A stretch of 64,000 nucleotides of DNA from Limisphaerales bacterium (GCA_022616725.1 JAKEEH010000149.1:4664-68663), one strand, 5' to 3'; shown: positions 1 to 10,025, counted from the first letter of the stretch. Translations and numbers: made by a program. Notes: generated from the sequence alone by a model not told the origin.

Positions 1-3000
1 GATGTTATCGACAATCACGCCGTGAGGCAGGTTATCCACTTGGAAGGTGACCAGGTCATCGTGGCCGTTGCGCGAAATCTTTAGCCATGCCGGGACGCTT
101 TGTCCCGGCGCAATCGTGATTTCCTGGATATCGCCAGGCGACAGTCCCCGGCTGACGCGGGCGCTTGTTTCGTCAGCGTGTGGTTCCATCGCCACAAACA
201 GTTTGGGTTTATCGCCGAGCTCAATTGGGCCGAAGTTGTTGACCTCCTTGGAAACCGGCTTGCCATTCAGGATCGCCGTCGCAATCACTTGGGTCATAGC
301 CGCATTGGTTTTGTCCGTTTTCGCAGTGTCCGGCAGGGCGAAAATTGTCCCTTTGGCGTCGGTATGGCCCGCCTCGATTACCAGCGGTGTCGAAGCGATG
401 AAACCGGGCGGCAGCCCTGAGATTTCCACTTTGACCTCGCCCTCGAAACCGTCGATGCGGTCAACGCGAACGGCGAACGACTGACCGCTGCCCGCTGGCA
501 CCGTCGGCTTCGTGCCGTCCAAAGTTACTTTGAAATCCGGCTGCGCTTCCCGGACCAAAACTCGATACGCAAAGCGCTCGCCAGCCTGACCACGGGTATC
601 CCTGACTTTAATCAGGTACACGCCGTTCGTGGGCGGCGAGAAATACACCTTCGAATCGCTGCCCAGCTTGCGCTCGCCATCATCGTCATTGGCGTAGTAC
701 ACGGGAAATGCGGGCAGCCCGTTTGCAACGAGCTTCGTGCCTGGCGGATGCGGTTGCACGATATAGCAGGGTTCCTCGAGCGCGTGCGCGGCGCTGCTCG
801 TGTCGAACCAGGTGCGCCGCTTTCCGCCAGTGTTATAGAATACGAACGCCGAATCCGGACCCTGTGGCGCGCGGAAAAGCTTCACGACCTCTCCCTGCAT
901 ATACAGAAACTGATTGAGATCCATTTCCTCCCAATTCTCCAGTCGTGCCTCGACCTGCACCGAGTCTATCCCACGAAACGTGATTGCTGAATCGCGGACC
1001 GCCTGGAGCAGTAGCCGCTCCACCGGCTCGCCGTCGGGGTGGAGGATTTCGAGCGCTGTGTCCACTGGCGAGCCGCGCATGGCCGCTGAAGTTGTGATCA
1101 CAAGGTGCTGGCCAACTCTGCCTTCGAAACTAAACAGGTCCGTGTCCGGCTGAACAGTGGCAGCGGCCCAGATCCTGCCATTGGCAGTGCCCGGGCTCGG
1201 GATTCTCGTGGCGTGTTCAGGAGTGTCGTTAGGTTCCGTCTCGGTGACCTCTGGCACACTTCCTACCGCGATTCTGAAGGCACGGCGGGGGCGAAATCGT
1301 TCGGCGTCGATCGGCAGATCAATTTCCTCGGCTTGAGCGGGTTTTACCCTGACCTTCCGCTCGGCGGGAAGGTTAAAGCCGATCAACTCGACCTCCGTTT
1401 CAGTATTGGTTGGCGCGCCAATCGGGAAGCAACCCGTGACCAACGGCAACGGGCCGACCGATAAGCGGTAAAAATGATCCACGGATGCTCCCAGCATTAA
1501 ATCGCTGATACGCAAGCGGTATGGGCCGTCTTCCGGCACGTTGAAGACAATCAGCGGGTCCGTACCGTCGTAGTCGTTATTGCTCGCCATCACCTTGCCG
1601 TGCGAGTCAGAGAGAGTGAGAACCGCGTTGGCCTTCGACCCAAGGCTCTTCGCCGCGAGGTCAAAGACAAGACTTTGGCCTTTCTCCCCTCGGACCTCCC
1701 ATTCGTCAGTGTCGCCAGGCTTATCAAGCGTGCCCCAGCAGCTTGCCGGAGTGTTCGTGACCAGGGAAACCGACACACCGGCTTGCTCATGAATTTGGGG
1801 AAGATCATCGACGTGGACTTTCAGCCGGCCACTCTCGCCACCAGAGCCTTTGACCGAGATTTCATACGACCCACGCGCGAGATCGGCGGCTGCGCCTAAT
1901 TGAGCCCAGAGCTCTTCCGATTTTGCAGCGGTATCGCTCACCAAGACGCCTTTCAGCTTTGCGTCATGAACCTTCAGTTCGGTAACACCTAGAAGATTCG
2001 ATCCAATTAGCTTAAGCTTTACTTCTTTCCCGCGCTGAATCCCTCGGGGTTCGGCGCGCGCAAGTTCCGGCTTTGGCGGCGGCAGGGGTTTTCCGCTGGT
2101 TGTGTCGTAATACTCAAGACTTCCATCCAGTCGCCCGACACCCAAGCCCTTGTTCTCCGAAACGAAAGCCAGACCTGGGGCCCAATCAGGCTGCGTCTCA
2201 TAAACCAGCCGCTGCTTCATATCCTGGGCTTCGAAGAGCTTGACCGTGCGGTCGTCGGCTGCGGAAGCTATGGTCTTGCCGTCACTCGAAAACACGATGC
2301 GCAGGATCCCCCCTTCGTGCGCAAACTTCGAGTGCAGGAGCGGATTAGTTGTTTCGGCCGCTTTCTCACTGATCTCCCAGATGCGAATCCGGTTATCCAC
2401 GCCCCCCGCGGCGAGGCGTTTGCCATCGGGCGAAAACGCGACGGCGTAAAGCTCCTTGAGCGGTTGCGACAAAGTGTCACGCCGCTCGCCAGTAGAGACG
2501 TCCCATAGCTTCACAGTGCGGTCGGCGCTCGCGCTGGCGAGGATTTTCCCATCGGGTCGAAAGTCCAGGCCATACACGCATCCATTGTGACCGGTGAGGA
2601 TTTTGATTTCCGCGCCCGATTCGACACTCCACAACTTGATCTTTTGGTCGTAGCCACCGGTGGCAAGCGTTTTCGCATCGGGCGAGACCGTAACTGCGTA
2701 CAGCGCGTCCGTGTGTCCTTCAAATACGCGCACGAGGTTGCCGTCGGCCACGGCCCACTGGCGGACTTCGCCGGAAAGGCCGGGCTCGCCGGCGGCAGCA
2801 AAGAGGTGTTTACCGTCGGCTGAGAACGCGACCGCGTTAACATGGCTGCGGTGGCCGGAAAGCGTCCGGACCATGGCGCGGGATTCGATCGAGCGTAATT
2901 CGACTTCGCCCGGCAACGCCAGCGCGATTAGCTTTGATTTCGGCTCGAACGCCAGCGCCCGAATGGACCGCCGCGGAGGCACTTTAGGGGCGATCTTGGG

Positions 3001-3447
3001 GACCGTGAGCTCTTTGCGCCCGGTGTTTGTCGGCGCGGGAGCGCCGGCGTCAATCCAGACGCGGATGAGAGCGATTTCAGCGGGCTTAAGTTTCGCGCGC
3101 TTGCCCGGAGGCATGATTTTCCTTTTGCCATCTTCCTCAATGCTCCCTTCGATCAATTTGACGAGGAGACTGTCGGAACTCTTGCCAGGAACGATGGACG
3201 GGCCACTTTCTCCACCGTTCATCAGAGACTCGAACGTTTCGAGGACGAGCTTTCCTTCGGGTTCTTTGGATTCATGGCAATCAAGGCAATGCTCGGTGAA
3301 AATCGCTGCGACCGCGGCGTAATCGTTCGTGGGTGCGGCGGCTTGCGCTGGAGCAGGTAAACACGTGAAAGCCAGAAACAATGCTGCTATGAGCGCAGGT
3401 TTCCAACCTGCGCCACCTGTGAGCATAGTCTGAACCGGAAATTGCAT
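1..3447 (-). CDS. Secreted multidomain protein: planctomycete-type cytochrome c domain (PSCyt1-like), WD40 beta-propeller and two PPC (pre-peptidase C-terminal-like) modules; 3' end cut by the window edge
   Basis: Absent from the supplied ORF track because it runs off the left edge. My own minus-strand translation from the ATG at 3447-3445 stays open for all 1149 codons to position 1. It begins MQFPVQTMLTGGAGWKPALIAALFLAFTCLPAPAQA (signal peptide). It continues FTEHCLDCHESKEPEGKLVLETFESLMNGGESGPSIVPGKSSDSLL (CxxCH, PSCyt1-like). Repeated WD40 units follow (GHRSHVNAVAFSADGK, GHTDALYAVTVSPDAK...KIKLWSV, GHNGCVYGLDFRPDGK...TVKLWDV). Then come PPC-like modules (GDTDEWEVRGEKGQSLVFDL; ETEPNDTPEHATRIP...DTDLFSFEG). 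The start ATG overlaps the TGA of the upstream gene (TGATG). Confidence 0.8.
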   Translation of the reverse strand, partial: MQFPVQTMLTGGAGWKPALIAALFLAFTCLPAPAQAAAPTNDYAAVAAIFTEHCLDCHESKEPEGKLVLETFESLMNGGESGPSIVPGKSSDSLLVKLIEGSIEEDGKRKIMPPGKRAKLKPAEIALIRVWIDAGAPAPTNTGRKELTVPKIAPKVPPRRSIRALAFEPKSKLIALALPGEVELRSIESRAMVRTLSGHRSHVNAVAFSADGKHLFAAAGEPGLSGEVRQWAVADGNLVRVFEGHTDALYAVTVSPDAKTLATGGYDQKIKLWSVESGAEIKILTGHNGCVYGLDFRPDGKILASASADRTVKLWDVSTGERRDTLSQPLKELYAVAFSPDGKRLAAGGVDNRIRIWEISEKAAETTNPLLHSKFAHEGGILRIVFSSDGKTIASAADDRTVKLFEAQDMKQRLVYETQPDWAPGLAFVSENKGLGVGRLDGSLEYYDTTSGKPLPPPKPELARAEPRGIQRGKEVKLKLIGSNLLGVTELKVHDAKLKGVLVSDTAAKSEELWAQLGAAADLARGSYEISVKGSGGESGRLKVHVDDLPQIHEQAGVSVSLVTNTPASCWGTLDKPGDTDEWEVRGEKGQSLVFDLAAKSLGSKANAVLTLSDSHGKVMASNNDYDGTDPLIVFNVPEDGPYRLRISDLMLGASVDHFYRLSVGPLPLVTGCFPIGAPTNTETEVELIGFNLPAERKVRVKPAQAEEIDLPIDAERFRPRRAFRIAVGSVPEVTETEPNDTPEHATRIPSPGTANGRIWAAATVQPDTDLFSFEGRVGQHLVITTSAAMRGSPVDTALEILHPDGEPVERLLLQAVRDSAITFRGIDSVQVEARLENWEEMDLNQFLYMQGEVVKLFRAPQGPDSAFVFYNTGGKRRTWFDTSSAAHALEEPCYIVQPHPPGTKLVANGLPAFPVYYANDDDGERKLGSDSKVYFSPPTNGVYLIKVRDTRGQAGERFAYRVLVREAQPDFKVTLDGTKPTVPAGSGQSFAVRVDRIDGFEGEVKVEISGLPPGFIASTPLVIEAGHTDAKGTIFALPDTAKTDKTNAAMTQVIATAILNGKPVSKEVNNFGPIELGDKPKLFVAMEPHADETSARVSRGLSPGDIQEITIAPGQSVPAWLKISRNGHDDLVTFQVDNLPHGVIVDNI

Positions 3448-5642
3448 CAGTGGTTAAATAGAAACTCGCGGCTGCTAAGCACGGCCCAGTAAATGTCCTC
3501 CAGCGCCTGGCGCCTTTCCCTTTCGGGTGCTTCGCTCAATGCTCGGGTGAGCTTTTCCTTCTCGCCCTCGGTTGGATAGCGCGCGAGCGCGCTAAGGTAC
3601 AACTCCTCAATTGCTTTCTCCGGAGGTGTTTTGTCGGCCAGGAGCTTCTCAACACGATTGCCTTTGGCGGTCAGTTTTTTATTCAACGTGTCGCCATTTG
3701 TAATGTGGAGCACTTGTGTGACGCTGGATTCGTCCGCCCGCTCGCACTCACACGTTTTCTCGCGGTCGGGGCGCCCGAACGATTTCAGAAAGTAGGAATC
3801 CACGTTCGAATCCGGCAACTGAAGTGCCCGCCACCCTTCCGGGTAGCCCTTGAACTGCGTGAGCGCGCCAGTCACCTGAGACAGCGTGTCAAGCAACACT
3901 TCAGCCATCATGCGTCGCGGGTAGTAACGCGAGTAAAAGCGCGTGTCGCCCGAATTTTCCGGCAAGGCGCGGCTCGTGCGCTGGTAGGCCTCAGATTGCA
4001 GGATCGCCCGCATTAACGCCTTAAGGTCGAATCGCCTCTCCGTCAAAAACCTGGCGGCCCCACTGAGCAACTGCTCATTGCTGGCTGGATTCGTGACCCG
4101 CAGATCATCGACCGCTTCGACCAAACCTACTCCAAAGAAGTTCGCCCAAATGCGATTCACAATGGCCCGTGTGAAATACGGATTGTCGGGCGACGTGAGC
4201 CACTGCGACAGGGCATGCCGGCGGTCGCCTTCGTCATCGATCGGCAGCGGCTGGCCTTCCAGCGGCCTGGGCGGCTGCGGTTTGCCGCGCAGCGGCTGGA
4301 CAACATCTCCCCGGTTGGCCACAAAGATCACATTTTCACCGTCACTTGACCCGGACTTCTTTCGCACTCGGGCAAACAGATTGGCGAAGCCGAAATACTC
4401 GTCATTCGTCCACTTCTCCATCGGATGGTTGTGGCATTTGGCGCAGTTGATTGACATGCCGAGGAACGCCTGCGACGTGGTCTCGGCCATTAGCCGCGGG
4501 TCTTCGTGCAAGACGAAAAAGTTCGCGCCGCCGTTCTCGAGCGTGCTGCCCTGAGCCGTCATGATGTTGCGGACCAACACATCCCAAGGCGTGTTGGCCG
4601 CGACATTGTTGCGCAACCAGCGATAGTAAGACCACATGGCAGCGGGCTTAAGGCTCTTGCTCTGGACCAACAGAAGGTCAGACCATTTGTAGGTCCAGTA
4701 ATCGACGAATTCATCGCGCTCCAGCAGCGAATCTATAAGGCGATCTCGTTTGTCGGGGCTCGAATCCGACAGAAACTCGCGCGTCTCCTTTGCCGTCGGC
4801 AGGACGCCCATGGTATCTATGTAAACGCGGCGGAAAAGCTCCTCATCAGACGATCGCGGCGACGGCGGCAAGTTGAGAGTCTGGAGTTTTCGGTTGACAA
4901 ACTCATCGATAAAGTTTCGCTTTGGCGCCTGGGCAAACACTTCCGCGCTCACACTGTTTGTGAACGGCACCGTAATCGTCGCCAACCCGATCCGGCTGAG
5001 ATACCAAATTGTTACCGCCCCCTCCCCCTGCCCCATGACGTTCACGCTCCCGGCTTCATCGACCTGCGTGACGGCTGCGTTTGCATCTGTGTACTTAGCC
5101 CAGCGGGTGACGTCTTCCGTGTGACCATCATTGAAGAGGGCGCGCACGGTGAGTTGCTGGGCGCCACCCGGCTTTAGGACCGCATGCGCCGGCGTAACTT
5201 CTATCCGTTCAATGCGTGGATCATCCTTTCGCGGGCCGGGAGCGCCGGAAGCGATCCAGTCCGAAAGGATTTTATATTCAGGCGACTCCGTATCGAACTT
5301 CTTCCCTCCTTTGTGCGGCACTGCGCCTGTTGGCTTGAGCAGCATCAAGCTGCGGCCGGGATCACTCGGAATGATGCGCCGGCCGAGGGCGTGACGCGTC
5401 AACGCAATATAATCCCCTTCGTCGTCGTAGCCGCGCAGCGACAACTTGAATCCATTCTGTCCCGCCGCGGCGCCGTGGCAGGCGCCGGAGCTACAACCGA
5501 ATTTGGCAAGGATTGGCTGAACCTGATTGCGGAAACTGGGAGCGGTATTAGTCGGGGCTTCGGAAGAGAATCCGACTCCGACCACGGCCGTAAATAAGAA
5601 TGTTGCTAGGCCTCGAAGACCTCCGCTGAAACGCCACTTCAT
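3447..5642 (-). CDS. DUF1549/DUF1553 (PSD1) family protein with Big_2-like Ig insert
   Basis: Track ORF 3447..5927. The preferred start is the internal ATG at 5642 (MKWRFSGGLRGLATFLFTAVVGVGF), 4 nt after the stop of the DUF1501 gene. Motifs: SGACHGAAAGQNGFKLSLRGYD, IERIEVTPAHAVLKPGGAQQLTV (Big_2-like), CAKCHNHPMEKWTNDEYFGFANLFARV and CECERADESSVTQVLHITNG. All are typical of this PVC family. Confidence 0.85.
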   Translation of the reverse strand: MKWRFSGGLRGLATFLFTAVVGVGFSSEAPTNTAPSFRNQVQPILAKFGCSSGACHGAAAGQNGFKLSLRGYDDEGDYIALTRHALGRRIIPSDPGRSLMLLKPTGAVPHKGGKKFDTESPEYKILSDWIASGAPGPRKDDPRIERIEVTPAHAVLKPGGAQQLTVRALFNDGHTEDVTRWAKYTDANAAVTQVDEAGSVNVMGQGEGAVTIWYLSRIGLATITVPFTNSVSAEVFAQAPKRNFIDEFVNRKLQTLNLPPSPRSSDEELFRRVYIDTMGVLPTAKETREFLSDSSPDKRDRLIDSLLERDEFVDYWTYKWSDLLLVQSKSLKPAAMWSYYRWLRNNVAANTPWDVLVRNIMTAQGSTLENGGANFFVLHEDPRLMAETTSQAFLGMSINCAKCHNHPMEKWTNDEYFGFANLFARVRKKSGSSDGENVIFVANRGDVVQPLRGKPQPPRPLEGQPLPIDDEGDRRHALSQWLTSPDNPYFTRAIVNRIWANFFGVGLVEAVDDLRVTNPASNEQLLSGAARFLTERRFDLKALMRAILQSEAYQRTSRALPENSGDTRFYSRYYPRRMMAEVLLDTLSQVTGALTQFKGYPEGWRALQLPDSNVDSYFLKSFGRPDREKTCECERADESSVTQVLHITNGDTLNKKLTAKGNRVEKLLADKTPPEKAIEELYLSALARYPTEGEKEKLTRALSEAPERERRQALEDIYWAVLSSREFLFNH

Positions 5643-5646
5643 AACC

Positions 5647-7023
5647 TTAAAACAACTCCATGATCGGACGCGTCCCGAAGTCCACCAGCGGGAAGGGCCG
5701 GGCGTTTGGCCCGGGCAGGTGCGCTTCCAGGTCCAAGCCGAGCGAGTGGAAAATTGTGGCGACGACTTCGGAAGGCTTGACTGGGCGCTCGACAGGATAC
5801 GCGCCAATGTCGTCGCTCTTGCCGACCACCCGCCCCCCCTTGATGCCGCCACCCGCAAAATAGGAGGTCCAGCATTGCGGCCAGTGATCACGTCCTCCGG
5901 CCGGATTGATTTTCGGCGTTCGGCCAAACTCAGCCAGATTGCAGACGAGTGTGTTGTCCAGCATCCCGCGCTGTACCAGGTCTTCGATCAGCGCGCTGTA
6001 ACCCTTGTCGTACATCGGAGCGACGATGTCCTTCATTCCCGCAATTGACGTAAACGGCTTCGACCCGTGGATATCCCACGTGATCTCATCAAAGACGGTG
6101 ATGAAGGTGTTAATCGTCACGAAGCGCACACCGGCCTCGACTAGGCGGCGCGCCAGCAGACAGCACTGCCCGAAACGGGTCATCCCGTAGCGTTCACGCA
6201 CTTTCTCCGGCTCTTTCGTGAGGTTAAAAGCCTCCCTCGCCTGAGTGCTGGTCATCAGCCGGTAAGCCGATTGGAAATTCACATCCATCAAGCGAGCGTC
6301 GGGGCTCGCCTCAAAGCTCTTCACCGTGTCATCGACGACCTGCCGTAGCTCGCGCCGCCGTTGCAAGCGCGCTTCGCCGATCTCTGATGGCGGCAGCAGG
6401 TCCGGCACTTTGAAATCCTTCTTTGCCGGGTCCGCGTTCAACACGAACGGGTCGTACGCCTTGCCGAGGAAGCCGCCATCCTGGCCGTGGGGCAAATTGC
6501 CGCCGGTCGGCCCCATTGGTTCGGGCAGGATTATATGCGCGGGCAGGTCGGTCTTACGGCCTTTCAAATACTCCAACGCGCATCCTGCATGCGGCGTGTT
6601 GACGCCGCCGGTGAAGAGCCGCCCGGTCTGCAACATTTGATGGCCAGTGTCGTGCACGGCGGCTGCCGTGTGATAACAGGTCCGCACCAGCGAGAATTTG
6701 TCGGCCAGTTTCGCGTGTAGCGGGAAAATCTCCGAAATCTGGATGTCAGGATTATTGGTCTTGATCGGCTTGAATGGACCCCGGATTTCGCGCGGGGCGT
6801 CCGGCTTCATGTCCCAGGTGTCAAGCTGGCTGGGAGCCCCCAGGTTGAAGATCATGATTACCGCTTTTTCGTCGTGCCCTTGAGTGACGGCGCCTGCAGC
6901 CTTAAGAGTTGCCAGATGCGACATGCTGAGCCCAATAGCCCCCAACGCGCCGACCTGGAGAAAATCGCGGCGCGTTATCCCGTCGCACGTGGTAATCGAA
7001 CCATTTCCTGTGACCTTGAGCAT
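5647..7023 (-). CDS. DUF1501 domain protein (sulfatase-fold, Tat-signal)
   Basis: 458-aa ORF. Twin-arginine leader ITRRDFLQVGALGAIGL. Family motifs MIFNLGAPSQLDTWDMKPDAP, HTAAAVHDTGH, EFGRTPKINPAGGRDHWPQCW. It is the first gene of a three-gene minus-strand operon. Confidence 0.9.
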   Translation of the reverse strand: MLKVTGNGSITTCDGITRRDFLQVGALGAIGLSMSHLATLKAAGAVTQGHDEKAVIMIFNLGAPSQLDTWDMKPDAPREIRGPFKPIKTNNPDIQISEIFPLHAKLADKFSLVRTCYHTAAAVHDTGHQMLQTGRLFTGGVNTPHAGCALEYLKGRKTDLPAHIILPEPMGPTGGNLPHGQDGGFLGKAYDPFVLNADPAKKDFKVPDLLPPSEIGEARLQRRRELRQVVDDTVKSFEASPDARLMDVNFQSAYRLMTSTQAREAFNLTKEPEKVRERYGMTRFGQCCLLARRLVEAGVRFVTINTFITVFDEITWDIHGSKPFTSIAGMKDIVAPMYDKGYSALIEDLVQRGMLDNTLVCNLAEFGRTPKINPAGGRDHWPQCWTSYFAGGGIKGGRVVGKSDDIGAYPVERPVKPSEVVATIFHSLGLDLEAHLPGPNARPFPLVDFGTRPIMELF

Positions 7024-7278
7024 GGTGTCGGATCCCTTTCTACACGAATGAATTTGATCCGGGATTAACTTACACGGCAGGGCAGTTGGAACAAGTCCTA
7101 AGATTTAGCTTTTTCCGTCACGCTTGGGGAGCGGACCCGATTCTCAGCCGATGCTGCATCGCCAATGTTCGCCCCCATGGGGGCGCTCAACTTTAAGCAG
7201 CCGGTTGCCGCGTTGCGCCTCGGCGCCACCCATTTTGGCATTGAAAGTTGCGGAAGAGAAAACAAACAATCCGCCCGC

Positions 7279-8079
7279 ATGAACCGCATCGATGAACGCT
7301 TTCTCCGCTTGCGTCAGCAGCGTGACAAAGGATTCATCGTTTATATCGGCGCGGGCGATCCAAATCTGCAGACGACGCGGCAACTTGCGCTTGGCTTCGA
7401 CAGAATTGGGGTCGATGTCCTGGAATTGGGTGTTCCCTTCAGCGACCCACTGGCTGACGGTCTCGTCAATCAACTCGCCGCCCAACGGGGACTGGAGTCC
7501 GGCGCCACGCCGCCGAAGGTCCTCGACACTGTCGCCGACATCCGCCGTAATTCGCAGATCCCGATCGTCCTCTACATCTACTACAATCTGGTCCATCATT
7601 ACGGGCTCGAACGCTTTGTGGCCGATTGCGCAAGATCCGGCGTCGATGGTCTGTTGGTGCTCGATTTGCCGCCGGAAGAATCCGCGGGCTATGAGAAGGC
7701 CATGGCGGCGGCAGGTTTGCGCGTCATTTACCTGGTCGCGCCGACGACTCCGGACGATCGCATCGCTCTGATCGTCAAGCGCGGCACTGGATTTATTTAT
7801 TATGTCTCCCGCGAGGGCGTCACCGGCATGCAGGAAAAAGTCTCCGCCAATATTGCCGAAATGACCGCCAAAATCCGTGCGCATGCAACCTTGCCAATCG
7901 CCGTCGGCTTCGGCATCTCCAATCCCGATCAGGCGCGGCTCGTCGCGGCGAATTGCGATGCTGTCGTGGTTGGCAGCGCCGTCGTGAATCAAATCGCTAG
8001 ACACGGCGAGGATGCGAAACTCGTCGAGCGCGTCCTGGAATTTGTTCAGCCTTTGATTCAAGCGGTTCGAAAGGCATGA
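7279..8079 (+). CDS. trpA: Tryptophan synthase alpha chain
   Basis: Track ORF 7165..8079. The start is chosen at ATG 7279 (MNRIDERFLRLRQQRDKGFIVYIGAGDPNL...LELGVPFSDPLADGLVNQ...YYVSREGVTGM...GFGISNPDQA), the canonical TrpA signature. No trpB is adjacent. Confidence 0.9.
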   Translation: MNRIDERFLRLRQQRDKGFIVYIGAGDPNLQTTRQLALGFDRIGVDVLELGVPFSDPLADGLVNQLAAQRGLESGATPPKVLDTVADIRRNSQIPIVLYIYYNLVHHYGLERFVADCARSGVDGLLVLDLPPEESAGYEKAMAAAGLRVIYLVAPTTPDDRIALIVKRGTGFIYYVSREGVTGMQEKVSANIAEMTAKIRAHATLPIAVGFGISNPDQARLVAANCDAVVVGSAVVNQIARHGEDAKLVERVLEFVQPLIQAVRKA

Positions 8080-9203
8080 AAACTAAAGCGGACCCACGAG
8101 ATCGTTTTGTCGTCATTATGGCCGGTGGACGTGGCGAACGCTTCTGGCCGCTGAGCCGCGAGAAGACTCCCAAGCAACTGTTGCGGCTGCTGGGCAGCCG
8201 CTCTTTTTTGCAGCAAGCCGTCGATCGGGTTCTGCCCCTTGTGCCAGTCAAAAATATTTTCATCATCACCAACGAAGTCCAGGCCCCCGAAGTCCGCAAG
8301 CAAGTGCCAAAGCTTCCGAAGCAGAATGTGATCGCCGAACCGGTTGGCCGGGACACGTGCGCCGCGGTTACCCTCGGCGCCGCGCTCGTCGGCGCGCGCT
8401 CCACCACCGGCGTCATGGCCGTGCTGCCGGCGGATCATGTCATTCCTGAAGAGAAGAAGTTTCAGCAAGTCCTTGCCGACTCATTCGATCTGGCCACCCG
8501 CGGCCAGGTGATCGTCACGATCGGCATCCAGCCCACTGAACCTAATACCGGCTATGGCTACATCCGCGTCGGCGAACCTCTCCCGCCGCCCCACGGTGTG
8601 AAATCGTACAAAACGACCTTCTTTCGCGCGGAGCGTTTTGTCGAAAAGCCCAACTTTGACACCGCGCTGGAATACCTCAACAGCGGCCAGTACCGCTGGA
8701 ATGCCGGGATGTTCATCTGGTCCTTCGTGACCATCACCCAGGGACTTGAAAAACATCAGCCCGAAATGGCCCAAGCCTGCCAGCGCTGGTTTAAGGTCGC
8801 CCACACGCCCAGGCTGGCCAAAATCCTGGCTCGCGAATACCCAGACATTCGCAAGATTTCTATTGACTTCGCCTTGATGGAGCACGCCCAAAACGTCGTC
8901 GTCGCCGATGGCGCTTTTACCTGGGATGACCTCGGCTCCTGGACCGCGATGGCGCGGCACATCACCGCCGACGCGGCGGGGAACTGCGCCATCGGCGACT
9001 TCGTCCACGTGGACGCCGCCCGCAATATCATTTACGACGCGCGCGTGAAGCACCGCACACCTATCGCCATAGTCGGCCTGCGCGATTCGATCATTATCCA
9101 GACCGACGACGCCACGCTGCTGGCTCACAAGTCCCAGGCACAGAAAGTTAAAGAACTCGTGGCGAAACTCGCGGCCGACAAGAAATACAAGATCCTGGTG
9201 TAA
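8076..9203 (+). CDS. Mannose-1-phosphate guanylyltransferase (NTP-transferase family, no isomerase domain)
   Basis: 375 aa. FVVIMAGGRGERFWPLSREKTPKQLL nucleotidyltransferase G-rich loop, then GYGYI...RFVEKPN. ATGA overlap with the trpA stop. Confidence 0.8.
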   Translation: MKTKADPRDRFVVIMAGGRGERFWPLSREKTPKQLLRLLGSRSFLQQAVDRVLPLVPVKNIFIITNEVQAPEVRKQVPKLPKQNVIAEPVGRDTCAAVTLGAALVGARSTTGVMAVLPADHVIPEEKKFQQVLADSFDLATRGQVIVTIGIQPTEPNTGYGYIRVGEPLPPPHGVKSYKTTFFRAERFVEKPNFDTALEYLNSGQYRWNAGMFIWSFVTITQGLEKHQPEMAQACQRWFKVAHTPRLAKILAREYPDIRKISIDFALMEHAQNVVVADGAFTWDDLGSWTAMARHITADAAGNCAIGDFVHVDAARNIIYDARVKHRTPIAIVGLRDSIIIQTDDATLLAHKSQAQKVKELVAKLAADKKYKILV

Positions 9204-9220
9204 AAAGCTCTAAGTTCCTA

Positions 9221-10024
9221 ATGACTAAATCCCTCACCAAATCTCGCATTCTAATCTTCGGGTTTTGGGCATTTCTTGTTTCCTTTGCCATGGGTCATCG
9301 GTCATTCGTCATTTCCCCGCTCCATGCTGCGCAAGCCACGGGCCAACTCCGCATCGCCGCCGCCTCCGACCTCAAGTTTGCTCTCGACGAAATTATCGTG
9401 CGTTTCACGAATCAAAACCCCCGCTGCACCGTAAAGACGAGCTACGGCGCCTCCGGCAACCTGTTCGCGCAAATCCAGAACGGGGCGCCTTTCGACATTT
9501 TTTTCTCGGCCGACACCAACTACCCGCATCGCCTGCTCGAAAACGGTCACGCGACAAATTACTTTATTTACGCGGAAGGCCATTTGGCCGTTTGGGTATT
9601 GAAACGCTCACCCATCGACGTGGAAAAGCGCGGCCTTCAGTCGCTGCTTGACCCGTCAATTCGCAAGATCGCCATTGCCAATCCCGCCCACGCTCCGTAC
9701 GGCCGTGCCGCCGTCGCGGCTCTGAAAGACGCTGGATTGTATGAACGGGTTTCCAGCAAATTCGTGCTTGGCGAAAACGTCGCCCAAACCGCCCATTTCA
9801 TTCAGAGCGGCGGCGCGGATATCGGCATCATCGCACTCTCGCTGGCACGGTCTCCTGCCCTGTCGGATCAGGGCCGGCACCGGAAAATCCCTTCCCGCCT
9901 CGAACAGGCGGCTATCCTCTTGCGCCGTTCCTCGAACCCGAACGCCGCGCGAGCTTTCCGAGAGGCCATCCGCTCTCCAGAAGCCCGATCTATCCTCGAG
10001 CGTTACGGACTGACGCCGAAATGA
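9221..10024 (+). CDS. modA: Molybdate ABC transporter substrate-binding protein
   Basis: 267 aa, signal peptide, LRIAAASDLKFALDEI...SYGASGNLFAQIQNGAPFDIFFSAD...IANPAHAPYG, typical ModA. Confidence 0.85.
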   Translation: MTKSLTKSRILIFGFWAFLVSFAMGHRSFVISPLHAAQATGQLRIAAASDLKFALDEIIVRFTNQNPRCTVKTSYGASGNLFAQIQNGAPFDIFFSADTNYPHRLLENGHATNYFIYAEGHLAVWVLKRSPIDVEKRGLQSLLDPSIRKIAIANPAHAPYGRAAVAALKDAGLYERVSSKFVLGENVAQTAHFIQSGGADIGIIALSLARSPALSDQGRHRKIPSRLEQAAILLRRSSNPNAARAFREAIRSPEARSILERYGLTPK

Positions 10025-10025
10025 C

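Noticed and set aside
7236-7251. Sigma-54 promoter-like TGGCAT-TGAAAG-TTGC upstream of trpA
   Set aside because: The GG and GC dinucleotides are separated by 11 nt instead of the strictly conserved 10. trpA is also an unlikely sigma-54 target.
7144-9128. Minus-strand ORFs 7144..8061 (305 aa) and 8481..9128 (215 aa)
   Set aside because: They are antisense to trpA and to the guanylyltransferase respectively, and are shadow ORFs.
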